A DNA stretch of 63,990 nt, filler included, from Octopus bimaculoides (taxonomy: Eukaryota), in NCBI RefSeq assembly GCF_001194135.2. It is 10 parts of 8 records of this genome, joined end to end, with 100 filler letters (N's around TTAATTAATTAA, not from the genome) between each part and the next. Parts side by side here need not be neighbours in the genome. Positions count along the whole stretch, not along the records: positions 1 to 12,880 come from NC_068989.1; 9 more parts are not named here. One strand, given 5' to 3'. A model generated the notes under the pieces. The model did no database searches, was not told the origin of the DNA, and saw only the letters and a program-made list of their open reading frames with translations. This document shows, piece by piece, positions 1 through 12,187 of this stretch. Numbering within the stretch: position 1 is the first letter of the stretch; every line of letters begins with the position of its first letter. Both the position numbers and the translations under genes were made by a program.

Positions 1-45
1 AATATAAGAAAAGACTGTTACTCGGAGTTTCACGTTCCTTACTCC

Positions 46-86
<41 letters not shown>

Positions 87-281
87 TATTAGCCCAAGGA
101 ATCCAAGCAATATCTACCGTTCAACCCACGCCACCCCAGACACACCAGAATGGATATCCTCTTCAACCTAGCAAAAAGGACATGTACTATAATTTCTAAT
201 GCAAACACCAGAGACACATAACTACGTGAACTAAAGGATACACTTATCACCAGTAACGACTCACCTTCACTAATTGACGCT
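87..281 (+). mobile_element. Penelope-like element RT C-terminal (thumb) fragment, pseudogenised
   Basis: Manual translation from 87: Y*PKESKQYLPFNPRHPRHTRMDILFNLAKRTCTIISNANTRDT*LRELKDTLITSNDSPSLIDA. This matches the PLE pattern YxKPTDSxQYLxFxSxHPxHTxxxIPFxLAxRIxxIxS. Two in-frame stops. Confidence 0.8.
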
Positions 282-312
282 AGACCAGTTAACATCCTAC
301 TATCATGACACA

Positions 313-362
313 TTCTTCTTCTTCTTCTTCTTCTTCTTCTTCTTCTTCTTCTTCTTCTTCTT

Positions 363-392
<30 letters not shown>
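313..392. repeat. (TTC)n microsatellite
   Basis: Pure TTC tract; source of the poly-R and poly-K ORFs at 89-421 and 303-500. Confidence 0.98.
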
Positions 393-394
<2 letters not shown>

Positions 395-635
395 AAGAGT
401 AAACAAGAGAGACAGAAACAAGCAGTAACAAGGAAAATACTCCTTGCAAATATTCTTTCAAAAATATTCTTCTAAAAATCTTTTCTTTTAATTTTTCCAA
501 AATTTAATTGTCTTCCATGCTTAAAGTTGAAGAAGTCTTAATAACTGAAACCGGTACAGAAATGTTTTTTAAAAAATTACTTTACCATTTTCTACCTTGA
601 CTTTTTTCCTCACACACACACACACATATATATAT

Positions 636-757
636 TCTTTTATTCACTTACTTGTTTCAGTTATTTCACTGCGGCCAAGCTGGAACACCACCTTCAGTCG
701 AACGAATCGTCCCCTGGACTTATTCTTTGTAAGACTAGCACTTATTCTATCGGAACC
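636..757 (-). mobile_element. SINE family A, 3' tail fragment
   Basis: Reverse complement matches the GATAGAATAAGT...GGTGxTCCAGCxTGGCCGCAGT...GAAACAAGTAA tail seen in copies at 17813, 38002 and 59615. Confidence 0.85.
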
Positions 758-1027
758 ATGTTGCTGAGAATCAAGGTTCTTAGCACAATGTAATTAGGTA
801 GGATAAAATCCACCTGTTTTCTCTTGAAGAGCATCTGCTTATTCCAATATCACAATTTAATACGTAGTTTGTGTCGTTGTTGTATAAATACGAAGCACAT
901 ATTAAATTGAAAAATTTGGAAACATTGTTCGTAGCGTTAGTGTATAGAAAAAACAGGAAATTGCAATTTTTTGGTATTATTTATTCACAATTACACATTT
1001 CATTTGCTAATGGGAATTACAGACTTT

Positions 1028-1265
1028 TACATGTGAGCGAAACGCGTAAGGAGGTTCCTATTAGAAATTTTTCAGACAGGGGAATTAAACAATACATTTT
1101 TTAAAAAGTGGAAAATTTTCTGTGCCGTCTGACTTGCTCTTGGATAATGATCCTGATTATTAACAAAATATAAACGCTCCATCAAAATCTAAGTTTTGTA
1201 TTATTTAATTTCTCTGTCTGAAAAAATTCTAATAGAAAATTCCTTACACGTCTGACTAAAATGTA
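1028..1265. mobile_element. MITE-like inverted-repeat element (~240 bp)
   Basis: Arm 1042-1096 (ACGCGTAAGGAGGTTCCTATTAGAAATTTTTCAGACAGGGGAATTAAACAATACA) is an imperfect reverse complement of 1197-1251; outer TACAT/ATGTA. Confidence 0.7.
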
Positions 1266-1717
1266 GAACACTATAATTCCTGTTAGCAAATGGAACGTGT
1301 GTAATGGTGAATAAATAATACCAACAAATTTTTCAACTTCCTAGTGAAGTCCAGGAATCCACAAGCTGGGCACGTCGACAACGGATGGCCGTCTAAAGGA
1401 GTAGAACTTTTGCGATTAACCCTGCGTCCGAGCGGTCAACAGGTAGCTACGAGGTCTTTTCTCCCTCCACTTTGTAGAGAGGTCATAGATACATGCATAT
1501 GTATATATATATAATTATGCAGACATAGACAGAGATATAAGACGCAACTGATGTAATTGCCGTCATTAGTGTTGAAGAGAAATAAAATAGCTCAGTTTTA
1601 TGTTGTTAAGAGACGAAGAAATATGGGGTTAGATACTACATTTTACTTTCTATGATTGATCTGGTTGCTCGCCTCCAGTTCAGCATGTTTTTCTTCTACT
1701 GCATATCTGATAAAACA

Positions 1718-1755
<38 letters not shown>

Positions 1756-1827
1756 TTATATATATATATATGTCTGTATGTATACATGCATATGTATATA
1801 TATGTGAATGTGTGTGTGTGTGTGTGT

Positions 1828-1881
<54 letters not shown>

Positions 1882-2135
1882 ATATATATATATATGTAGA
1901 AGGTTGAAGAGGAACACACGAGTTGATATATATGGAAAAAAGTCAAGGTAGAAAAGGCTAAATTCATTTTATAAAAACATTTTAATACCGGTTTCAGTCA
2001 TTGAGACTTTTTCAACTGTTAAATTTTGGAAAAATTAACAGAAAAGTTTTTTAAAAGAATATTTGCATAGTATTCAAATACAAAGGGCATTTTCCTTGTT
2101 TCTGCCTGTCTCTGTCTCTATTGTTTACTCTAAAT

Positions 2136-2375
2136 TTAAGGGTACACGAAGTGCGACCGTTGCTAAAATAAGAGTCGAAAAATACTCAAATGAGTTGCCT
2201 GGCTGCCGAAAATTTAGGGGCGAGCAACATTTAAATTACCATAGCGGCTGAAAGTCGCAAATGAGGTTCACAGATATACCTATATCTCCTGATTTCGAAC
2301 GTCCAGTGAAATGATGGCTTATTTAGTATTTTCGACGCTTATTTCTAGCAACACTGCTACTACATGTACGCTCAG
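2136..2375. mobile_element. MITE-like element with TTAA-flanked end
   Basis: TTAA|GGGTACACGAAGT at the left, degenerate ACTACATGTACGCTCAG at the right; internal ~40-bp inverted arms GTTGCTAAAATAAGAGTCGAAAAATACT / AGTATTTTCGACGCTTATTTCTAGCAAC. Confidence 0.6.
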
Positions 2376-3647
2376 TTATCATTAATAATCAATTGGAAAT
2401 TTATAAATTTGGTTGTTTTTCTTTAATGCTGGCTGCCACTTATATTATCACTGTCATTATTTATTAATAATTATATCTTTATTTACACACGCAGACACAC
2501 ACACACACACTTATATCAATAGACAAATCTCAAAATATGTAAACATATAATATATATATATATATATGTATATATATACATATATACATACATACATACA
2601 TATATATATACACACACATTTATACATACATATATATATATATATATATAATATTTGTATATATATNNNNNNNNNNNNNNNNNNNNNNNNNNNNNNNNNN
2701 NNNNNNNNNNNNNNNNNNNNNNNNNNNNNNNNNNNNNNNNNNNNNNNNNNNNNNNNNNNNNNNNNNNNNNNNNNNNNNNNNNNNNNNNNNNNNNNNNNNN
2801 NNNNNNNNNNNNNNNNNNNNNNNNNNNNNNNNNNNNNNNNNNNNNNNNNNNNNNNNNNNNNNNNNNNNNNNNNNNNNNNNNNNNNNNNNNNNNNNNNNNN
2901 NNNNNNNNNNNNNNNNNNNNNNNNNNNNNNNNNNNNNNNNNNNNNNNNNNNNNNNNNNNNNNNNNNNNNNNNNNNNNNNNNNNNNNNNNNNNNNNNNNNN
3001 NNNNNNNNNNNNNNNNNNNNNNNNNNNNNNNNNNNNNNNNNNNNNNNNNNNNNNNNNNNNNNNNNNNNNNNNNNNNNNNNNNNNNNNNNNNNNNNNNNNN
3101 NNNNNNNNNNNNNNNNNNNNNNNNNNNNNNNNNNNNNNNNNNNNNNNNNNNNNNNNNNNNNNNNNNNNNNNNNNNNNNNNNNNNNNNNNNNNNNNNNNNN
3201 NNNNNNNNNNNNNNNNNNNNNNNNNNNNNNNNNNNNNNNNNNNNNNNNNNNNNNNNNNNNNNNNNNNNNNNNNNNNNNNNNNNNNNNNNNNNNNNNNNNN
3301 NNNNNNNNNNNNNNNNNNNNNNNNNNNNNNNNNNNNNNNNNNNNNNNNNNNNNNNNNNNNNNNNNNNNNNNNNNNNNNNNNNNNNNNNNNNNNNNNNNNN
3401 NNNNNNNNNNNNNNNNNNNNNNNNNNNNNNNNNNNNNNNNNNNNNNNNNNNNNNNNNNNNNNNNNNNNNNNNNNNNNNNNNNNNNNNNNNNNNNNNNNNN
3501 NNNNNNNNNNNNNNNNNNNNNNNNNNNNNNNNNNNNNNNNAATATGTCCACATGAAATATTCTTTGAAAAAGGCAGAAATTTTTCTGTTTCATATTTATA
3601 ATTAAAATAAGGAACAATGCACACACACACACACACACACACACACT

Positions 3648-3700
<53 letters not shown>

Positions 3701-4269
3701 ACGCACACACACATACACACACATAGTGATATATAGAGAAAACAAAAGATATAATAAATGACACCTGCTGATCAAATGAAGACGAAGTGAGTAAGGATTA
3801 TAAACAAAACTAAAACGAAATGAAAGTCGTTGTCAAATCAAATTAACAAAGTTAAATGAGATGATAAAATTATGAATGGTTCCAACTGGAGATCGAAATT
3901 ATTTCCAAATCACGCAAAAGGAAAGGAAAAATGAAATCGCATCGTAATGGAAACGCCACACGCTATCATTTTAATTCACATAGTCTCATGCGACAGCTTT
4001 AATTGCTAACTTCAAGAAACTTCCTGTTCTACGAATTTTCAATAAACAAACTTTTTGGTTTATTTAAAAAATTTTCTTCCCCCGCATTGAAATATTATGT
4101 AAATACAAAGCCGTTTGTTTTATTGACTTTCAAACGTGAATTGTTTTAGTGGTTAATATCTTTCATGTACCAAAGCAAACAGGCTAATTTGACGAAGTCA
4201 CATCTCAAATACGTCGCGTCGGTTTTTTGCTTGGTTGTAAGCCTGTCACAATTAATTGCTTCTGATTTT

Positions 4270-4440
4270 GGCCCAAGGCCATTAATTTCATGGGAAACGG
4301 GTCAGTTGATTACACCGATGCCAGTACTCGTATGTATCTTTTATTGACCCGGAAAGAGTTGAGAATCGACGTTGACCTAGGCGGAGATTGAACTCTAAGC
4401 AATTAACAGATGAGCTAACGATTCTGCCAGCTCACCGACT
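4270..4440 (-). mobile_element. SINE family B, degenerate
   Basis: Reverse complement reads GAGCTGGCAGAATCGTTAG...GAGTTCAATCTCCGCCxAGGTCAAC...AATAAAAGATAC, homologous to 33986 and 60725. Confidence 0.8.
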
Positions 4441-4692
4441 GAGACCGGTCGCTTATAATGCTTGACAGCAATTCTAGATATCCTCTGATTAAAAGAGAAA
4501 TCTTCTGTGGTCTGAGTCAGCATTGAATATTTCTGCTTCAGTTGGTAAACTTGTGATCGTTTATACTATGTGCTCTTTTCTCAACCTCCACTGAAGAAAT
4601 CTGCAATATTTTGGCACTAAATTAAAGGACCAGGTCCCTTTCACACATCTCCCCTTTATGTCTTGCGTCTACTTGACGGATTACCTTCTTTT

Positions 4693-4870
4693 ATCTTTTA
4701 TTGGTCTGATTCATTCGTCTGTGGCCATACTGGGGCACTGCATTGAAGGATTTAGTCGTAAGTCGTAAGTACTTAGTTTATAAGCACGGTGCTTACTCTG
4801 CCGACTTTGTGGCTGAAACGTTAAGTGAAGGGGACATAAGCAAACCAACACCGTTGTCAAGCAAAGGTAG
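4693..4870 (-). mobile_element. SINE family A, 3' half, degenerate
   Basis: TCTTTTATT...GTGGCCATACTGGGGCAC...AAGCAAACCAACACCGTTGTCAAGC is the reverse complement of the family A tail. Confidence 0.75.
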
Positions 4871-5071
4871 GAGACAAGTACAAGCATCAACACAAAGGCA
4901 CGCACAAAAGCACACACGTGTATACGACGCACCTGCGCAACGTTTCCATCTACGCGCAATGCATTTGTTAGCCCGGGGCTATAGAAAAAAAGGCTTATAG
5001 AACATATAGAACACCTCGAAATGTATTTGCTATTCTATGCGTGACATTATAACAGACATACCGTCGGTTGC

Positions 5072-5379
5072 ACACCGTCGGTTATGGTGACAGTCGATTC
5101 CAGTTGACCCGATGAACAGAACAGCCTGCTCGTGAAATTAGCGTGTCAGTTACTGAGAACCCCACAGAGAGGCGCACTCTTACTGTAGTTCTCAGTGATA
5201 TTCAGCATGATACAGAATACGACAATGTTGGCACCCTTTGAGTCACTGTTACAACTCAGTTTTGCCACCTTAATGAACTGGAGAAACGTAAATTAAAGTA
5301 TATTGTTCAAGGACAAAAGTGGTCACCGGGAATGGAACTCACGTCCATACGATTGTGAGTCAAACTACTAAGCCGCGCT
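5072..5379 (-). mobile_element. SINE family C (CORE-like), tail type 1
   Basis: Homologous to 25977-26225 (CCGTxGGTTA...GAACAGCxTGCTCxTGAAATT...ACAACTCAxTTTTGCCA); tRNA-like head GCGCGGCTTAGT at the right end on the minus strand. Confidence 0.8.
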
Positions 5380-5993
5380 CTATCACTAGCATTTGTCATA
5401 AGTGTCCAATGAATTTTATTGCCACTATAGATGGGGCGGAGAAACTGTGAAAGCAGGTAAGAAATCTCGTTTAAAGGTTAACAGTTAACGTTATTCTGCG
5501 TTTAATAAGGATATTAAGTCCGCAGTTAATTTTGTATGCATGGAGGTGTTTTATGAACTATTTGCTTACATTGTGTAGGATAAAAAGTGGAGAGACAGGA
5601 CGGTAGAGCAGTAGAGGTGTAGAGTGTTGCTGATATATCGGTTTATTTGAAGATAGTTGCCAGGTTATAACAGCAGAGCTGTAAACAGTTGTTGAAAGAA
5701 AATGGTGTCCTTCAAATTTCCCTTTGAACGTTATTTTTCTTTTCTCATGTTTTAATAGAAACTGCGATCTATCCGTCGTATGTATCAATATAAATGTATG
5801 CATGTGCGTGAGTATGTATATTTCATGTATGTATGTATGTATGTATGTATGTATGTATGTATGTGTGTATGTACGTACGTATGTATGTTTATATATGTAT
5901 GTACATATATATACATATATACATGCGTATATATATATCTATAGATGTACGTATGCATATATATACACACATATATATATATATATACGTACA

Positions 5994-6065
<72 letters not shown>

Positions 6066-6124
6066 GGCGCCACTGTGTGTATATGTGTGCGTGTATGTGA
6101 GACTGGTGCAAATGTGTTTGTGTA

Positions 6125-6265
6125 AATGTGTTGCATGTCCTTTGACGATCGGTACAGGTTTGTTTACATCTCCATATCACACCAATTTAGCAAAAACCGA
6201 GCGATAGAAAAATCTCCAAGCTTAAAAAGGATAAGTATGGTCGTCGAGCTATTAGACTAAAGCCT
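6125..6265 (+). mobile_element. SINE family A 3' part, strongly decayed
   Basis: GTTTGTTTACATCTCC...AGCAAAAACCGAGCGATAGAAA...GGATAAGTATGGTCG resembles the family A tail. Confidence 0.5.
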
Positions 6266-6890
6266 CCCAGAAGTCGTCCTCGAATGGCTGCATTCCAATA
6301 ACAGAATAAATTAGAAAAAAACACACTCGTTTCCCCTCCCTTGAAAGGCGAATGGAACAATGACAAATATGCTTGAAGAAAGCTGTAAGGGATTTCAATT
6401 CTGACGCAAGTAAAATTTCATTGCTGGGGTGAGGTCTTACTTTTTCAGTCAGGGTCATCTTATAGACGCAAATCAAATATATCGAGGGAGACGGAATCAA
6501 CGTAGGCGTATGATTGCCTTGAAATATATAAACTCTCTAAATGGGTGAATATTGAGAGAATATCTCAATTCATTTGAAATCTCTGCGTGTAAATTAATGA
6601 AGAGTTATATCATAAAAGTTTCATTTAATATAAAAAATAAATCACCGAAGATTCATATGCGAGTTGAGTCGATATTTGTCGCGGAATGAACAACAAATCA
6701 CAAATGTTTTTTTTTTTTGTTGGTTATCTTTTTAAGATTTATTGTTTTTGCGTCTCAAAAGTTTTATAAACCAAAACAAAATGAAAAAAAAAACATTGTG
6801 TGTATATGTGCATCAGAGAATATACACACAGAGATGCAGTTGCACCAAGAATTGTAACCGATATAAGTATATTACTGTGTTGATATACAA

Positions 6891-6960
<70 letters not shown>

Positions 6961-7039
6961 TTCTGTTTGTCTGTCTGTGTCTGTCTATCTGCCTGTCTAT
7001 CTATCTTAAGATAGATCATAAGAGTTTTATGATCAGAAG

Positions 7040-7225
7040 CTAGAGAATATCAATCGGGGAAAGTAGACTCAAAGCGAAAGGAAGACGAGATGAGACGAGA
7101 TGAGGTTAAAAACTTGGAGAAGAAAGGTTTGAAGCCTTGGAATGTCAATCTGAAGGATCCTGCGCAAGGTAGAACAGGTGGGAGTGGAATATTACGTGGC
7201 CTCAACGCTGGAAACGGAAACTTTC
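7040..7225 (+). mobile_element. Possible RTE-clade LINE 3' coding remnant
   Basis: Reads RDEVKNLEKKGLKPWNVNLKDPAQGRTGGSGILRGL, loosely like the RTE C-terminus (W.D.VK.DL...G...W....AQDR..WR). Highly decayed. Confidence 0.4.
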
Positions 7226-7446
7226 TGTATCTCTTATTTACGAGGTCGCCCCAATAGTAACGAACTTACACAAGCAGGGAATATAAGCGGATCCACGATT
7301 CCTTCCTCTGGCTGAAAATTATAAATATGTGGCTAATTCTACTAGCATATCTGACATCTAAAAATATATATAGGTAACCTTCGTCTTAGAGATTAAAAAT
7401 GCATATACATAATAGGTATATAATAGTAAAAATATACATTATACAC

Positions 7447-7478
<32 letters not shown>

Positions 7479-7990
7479 NNNNNNNNNNNNNNNNNNNNNN
7501 NNNNNNNNNNNNNNNNNNNNNNNNNNNNNNNNNNNNNNNNNNNNNNNNNNNNNNNNNNNNNNNNNNNNNNNNNNNNNNNNNNNNNNNNNNNNNNNNNNNN
7601 NNNNNNNNNNNNNNNNNNNNNNNNNNNNNNNNNNNNNNNNNNNNNNNNNNNNNNNNNNNNNNNNNNNNNNNNNNNNNNNNNNNNNNNNNNNNNNNNNNNN
7701 NNNNNNNNNNNNNNNNNNNNNNNNNNNNNNNNNNNNNNNNNNNNNNNNNNNNNNNNNNNNNNNNNNNNNNNNNNNNNNNNNNNNNNNNNNNNNNNNNNNN
7801 NNNNNNNNNNNNNNNNNNNNNNNNNNNNNNNNNNNNNNNNNNNNNNNNNNNNNNNNNNNNNNNNNNNNNNNNNNNNNNNNNNNNNNNNNNNNNNNNNNNN
7901 NNNNNNNNNNNNNNNNNNNNNNNNNNNNNNNNNNNNNNNNNNNNNNNNNNNNNNNNNNNNNNNNNNNNNNNNNNNNNNNNNNNNNNNNNN

Positions 7991-8023
<33 letters not shown>

Positions 8024-10113
8024 CTTATAAGAAACCGCAAGTACATACACACATACGTGCAAACATACATACAAACACGCATGCACACGCACACACATAT
8101 ATAGTTAAATATGTATATGTATGCGATATATTGACACACAAATAGATTTGTGGCTACCTGTGTCTGTATATATGGAGGTCTACATAGCTGTATGCTTGCA
8201 AACCAGTCGGCATATTTATGGCTATATGCCTAGTAAAACCTAATCAAGTTGCCCAGCTTTACAATAATACAGCAGGGTGGATTTGCGTCCTTTCATTTAT
8301 TCCTTACGTTGCTTTTACCTCGTTCGATGGAGAATTTACAAGGAATTTAGTTAAAACTTGGCACAACTCGCGAAGGATTTACAGCAGATATATGAATAGA
8401 AGATGGAAAAAAGTAAAAAAAACAAAACAAACAAAATAAAACAAAAAACAAGCAACAACAAACTAACAAAATAAAACGGAAATTGTTCTGAGATCAAGAT
8501 CAAAGTATGTATGTATGTGGGTGTATGTATGATGTATGTTTGTATGTATGGTTGTATGTATGTGGATGTATGTATGATTGTATGTATGAATGTACGCATG
8601 TATATATGTATGTTGGTGTATATATGTATGAACGAATAAAAGAATGAATGTTTACACACATACACAAGCACATATAGTATTTAGAATATATATATGAATA
8701 TACACATATGCATAACTGTATACATATGTATACGTATACGTATTATATGCATCTATCTACGCACAGGCGCACATACATACGCTCTCTTCTTTTGACTCTC
8801 TCTTCCTCTCTTTTTCTCACACACATACATAAATACATACATATATATATATCTGTATATAAATATATATATATATATATATANNNNNNNNNNNNNNNNN
8901 NNNNNNNNNNNNNNNNNNNNNNNNNNNNNNNNNNNNNNNNNNNNNNNNNNNNNNNNNNNNNNNNNNNNNNNNNNNNNNNNNNNNNNNNNNNNNNNNNNNN
9001 NNNNNNNNNNNNNNNNNNNNNNNNNNNNNNNNNNNNNNNNNNNNNNNNNNNNNNNNNNNNNNNNNNNNNNNNNNNNNNNNNNNNNNNNNNNNNNNNNNNN
9101 NNNNNNNNNNNNNNNNNNNNNNNNNNNNNNNNNNNNNNNNNNNNNNNNNNNNNNNNNNNNNNNNNNNNNNNNNNNNNNNNNNNNNNNNNNNNNNNNNNNN
9201 NNNNNNNNNNNNNNNNNNNNNNNNNNNNNNNNNNNNNNNNNNNNNNNNNNNNNNNNNNNNNNNNNNNNNNNNNNNNNNNNNNNNNNNNNNNNNNNNNNNN
9301 NNNNNNNNNNNNNNNNNNNNNNNNNNNNNNNNNNNNNNNNNNNNNNNNNNNNNNNNNNNNNNNATATATATATATATATATACACATATAAATACTTACG
9401 CATACGCACACATGTTCAAACTCACAGAATTCAAGATATCGGGAGATATAGAGAGAAAGAAAGAGGGAAAAATACAAGGAAATCTGTATATCAATGTATA
9501 AATTTGATGATGTATGCAAATATGTGTCTGCCTAAGCTAGTGAGTATGGTGTGTATATAAAGTGTTCGTGTAAACGGTGTATATATCCAATATGCGTATG
9601 AGGTGAGTTTACGTAATACGTTCTACTGTAAGCCGTATAACGAAACGCTATCCACTGCGAAGTATCTTATCAATAATGGACACCTGCTGTTTGAAAATCT
9701 TACAGTTATCCAATCTGCCTCTTAATTTACTCTACGTCTCTTCTACTTTAATACTTTTATACTATTACACGCATGCAAACACACTCCAACACAACGCATG
9801 TACGCACACACACACACACACACACACGTACACACACACACACACACACACATATGCAGAACAAATACGCATAGAGTATCCACCGTATAAATGTATAAAT
9901 GATTTATTAATATATATATATATATATATGTATACAATAAATGTATATTCATATATTTATATATATGTATATATATGTATATATATGAGAGAGGGAGAGA
10001 ACAGAGAGTCAGTGAATAATGGGAATACAATGTGCTCATATACACACACACACAAATACGCACACGTATACATATATATATATATATATATATATTTACG
10101 GAAGAATACGGAG

Positions 10114-10187
<74 letters not shown>

Positions 10188-10826
10188 CACGCATACATTC
10201 ACTGATATGCGTATATGTGTGTATATTTGCTTGAATGCACGTCATTATTCTGAATTAGCGATATGCGGATAGAATAAGCGATAAGAATGGCGAGAGAATG
10301 AAAGATAACACAAATGACATGTGTGTGCGCCTGTGTGTATGTATGTATGCATGTATGTATGTATGTATGTATGTATGTATGTACATCTATCTACATGTAC
10401 TTCTTTGTGTGTGTGAGTGTGCACGTGTGTGTGTGCGTGCTTGTGTGTCTATACAGGGTATTGTGGTTCTTTTTACGCCTACGTAGAATGCAACATTAAT
10501 ATCTTCAGCTTTAATGTTTAAAAAATGCCATCTGTAATGTTATTAATACGGAAAACTATGTAACAAGCGCTGGACTGTTATAATCATACGAACATTGCAT
10601 AAGTTACCTTGCTGCATCTACTTACGTTGTTTTACTTTCCTGTGTACAAAGCCTTTCAGTGATCGAATTTGCCTTTTGTTCTTCCGTGAGACAGACAACA
10701 ACTATATTATTTACTCCCAAAATATTACTGTTATTTTCTTTGCACTATATCATACTCAAAATCTCAGGCCTCCCACCTCTGTTAAAAATCCGCACTAGGT
10801 ATGATATTATATACGGCTTTGGTATG

Positions 10827-11047
10827 CATTAATCCCTTGACTATCGCGTGTGCTAGGTCCCAACCACCCGCTGCGATAGGTGAAAATCCGCGCAATAGAA
10901 GCTGTACTGTACCGTATTTTTAAAAATTATTTTTATATAATTTGTATATATTAACTTTATTATAAATGCAAAACGAGAGCATGGAGGAATCGACGTAAGC
11001 TTAAATAAACCGCGATAGGTGAACCACGATATGGCGAAGGATTACTA
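10827..11047. mobile_element. Tigger/pogo-like MITE (~220 bp)
   Basis: Left end CATTAATCCCTTGACTATCGCG; right end reverse complement TAGTAATCCTTCGCCATATCGTGG; internal repeated GCGATAGGTGAA. Resembles the CAGTAATCCCTCG-type TIRs of Tigger-like MITEs. Confidence 0.65.
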
Positions 11048-11096
11048 TCGTTCATAAGATACCACGTTGAGCCTTTGATAGATGTAAATATGATAC

Positions 11097-11540
11097 AGTC
11101 GCAGGTGTGGCTGTATGGTAAAAAGCTTGCTTCCCAACCATATGGTTCTGAGTTCAGTCCCGCTGAGTGGCACCTGGAGCAAGTGTCTTCTACTTTCCCT
11201 CTGGACCAACCAATGACTTGTGAGTAGATTCAATAGACGGAAACTGAAAGAAGCCCGTCGTGTTTATATATACTTGTGTGTGTATTTTTGTAATTGTGTC
11301 TGTCCTCCACCACCGCTTGACAAATTTTGTTGGTGTCTACGTCACCTTAACAGAGCGACTCGGAAATGGGACCAATATATGTGTGTGTGTGTGTATACAT
11401 ATATACATATTGACATTATTGTGTGTATGTCTTTATATGTTTGTTCACTTCCACCGCTTGACACAACTGTTGGTTTGTTTATGTCTCCGTATATTGGCGG
11501 TTCGTTAGACAAGACCAAGTGAATAAGTACCAAGCTCTTA
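11097..11540 (+). mobile_element. SINE family A, near full length
   Basis: Head GCAGGTGTGGCTGTATGGTAAAAAGCTTG with B-box-like GAGTTCAGTCC, central GCAAGTGTCTTCTACT...GACGGAAACTGAAAGAAGCCCGTCG, then microsatellite and tail. Confidence 0.9.
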
Positions 11541-11666
11541 AAACAAATTTGAGAATAAATCCATTAAGATCTGCAGTCAATTTGTTCGGCTAAAACTCTA
11601 CAGTACACACTCTATTAACTGAAAAAATAATTAAAATGGTAAATAGATGTTTTGCAGGCGAAATTT

Positions 11667-12187
11667 TTTTTCCTACGAGAGATCTGGACCCCAGTTAAGA
11701 ACTCATTTGTATACAGCCAATCAGAGCTTAACTATCAAACTAATTTATGAGCACATGACAAGTGATGGGCGACAAGATAAGGTCACTTGGGTAAAGAATG
11801 ACCATGCTACTTTTCTCTTTTAATAATGCTTGTTGTTCTTGTTGTTCCAACCATGGCTGCTTCTGCGTAGTTATTTGTGTTGTTGTTTACATTGTAAAAC
11901 AGTTAGTTGTTAGCACATCCCCCTCTACCCACATTTCTCCCATCCACATCTTTACCATACGGAGCCCTAACAAAATCCGATAATACGTTATATAGATGCA
12001 AATCTATCTAATTACTTGTCTCCTTCTAAAATCAGGCATGACTTGGCGATCGGTCGACTTACAACACTGTTCTTCGTTTTGAGTTTATTAGTAGAGTGTG
12101 CTTATTAACTTGACATGGCCAAGGTGAGCTCTGATTGGCTATATGTAAATGAGTTCATTACTGGGGTCCGGAACTGTCGTGGGAAAA
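11667..12187. mobile_element. Inverted-repeat (MITE-like) element, ~520 bp
   Basis: Arm 11667-11728 (...GGACCCCAGTTAAGAACTCATTTGTATACAGCCAATCAGAGCT) is an imperfect reverse complement of 12127-12187. Confidence 0.65.
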
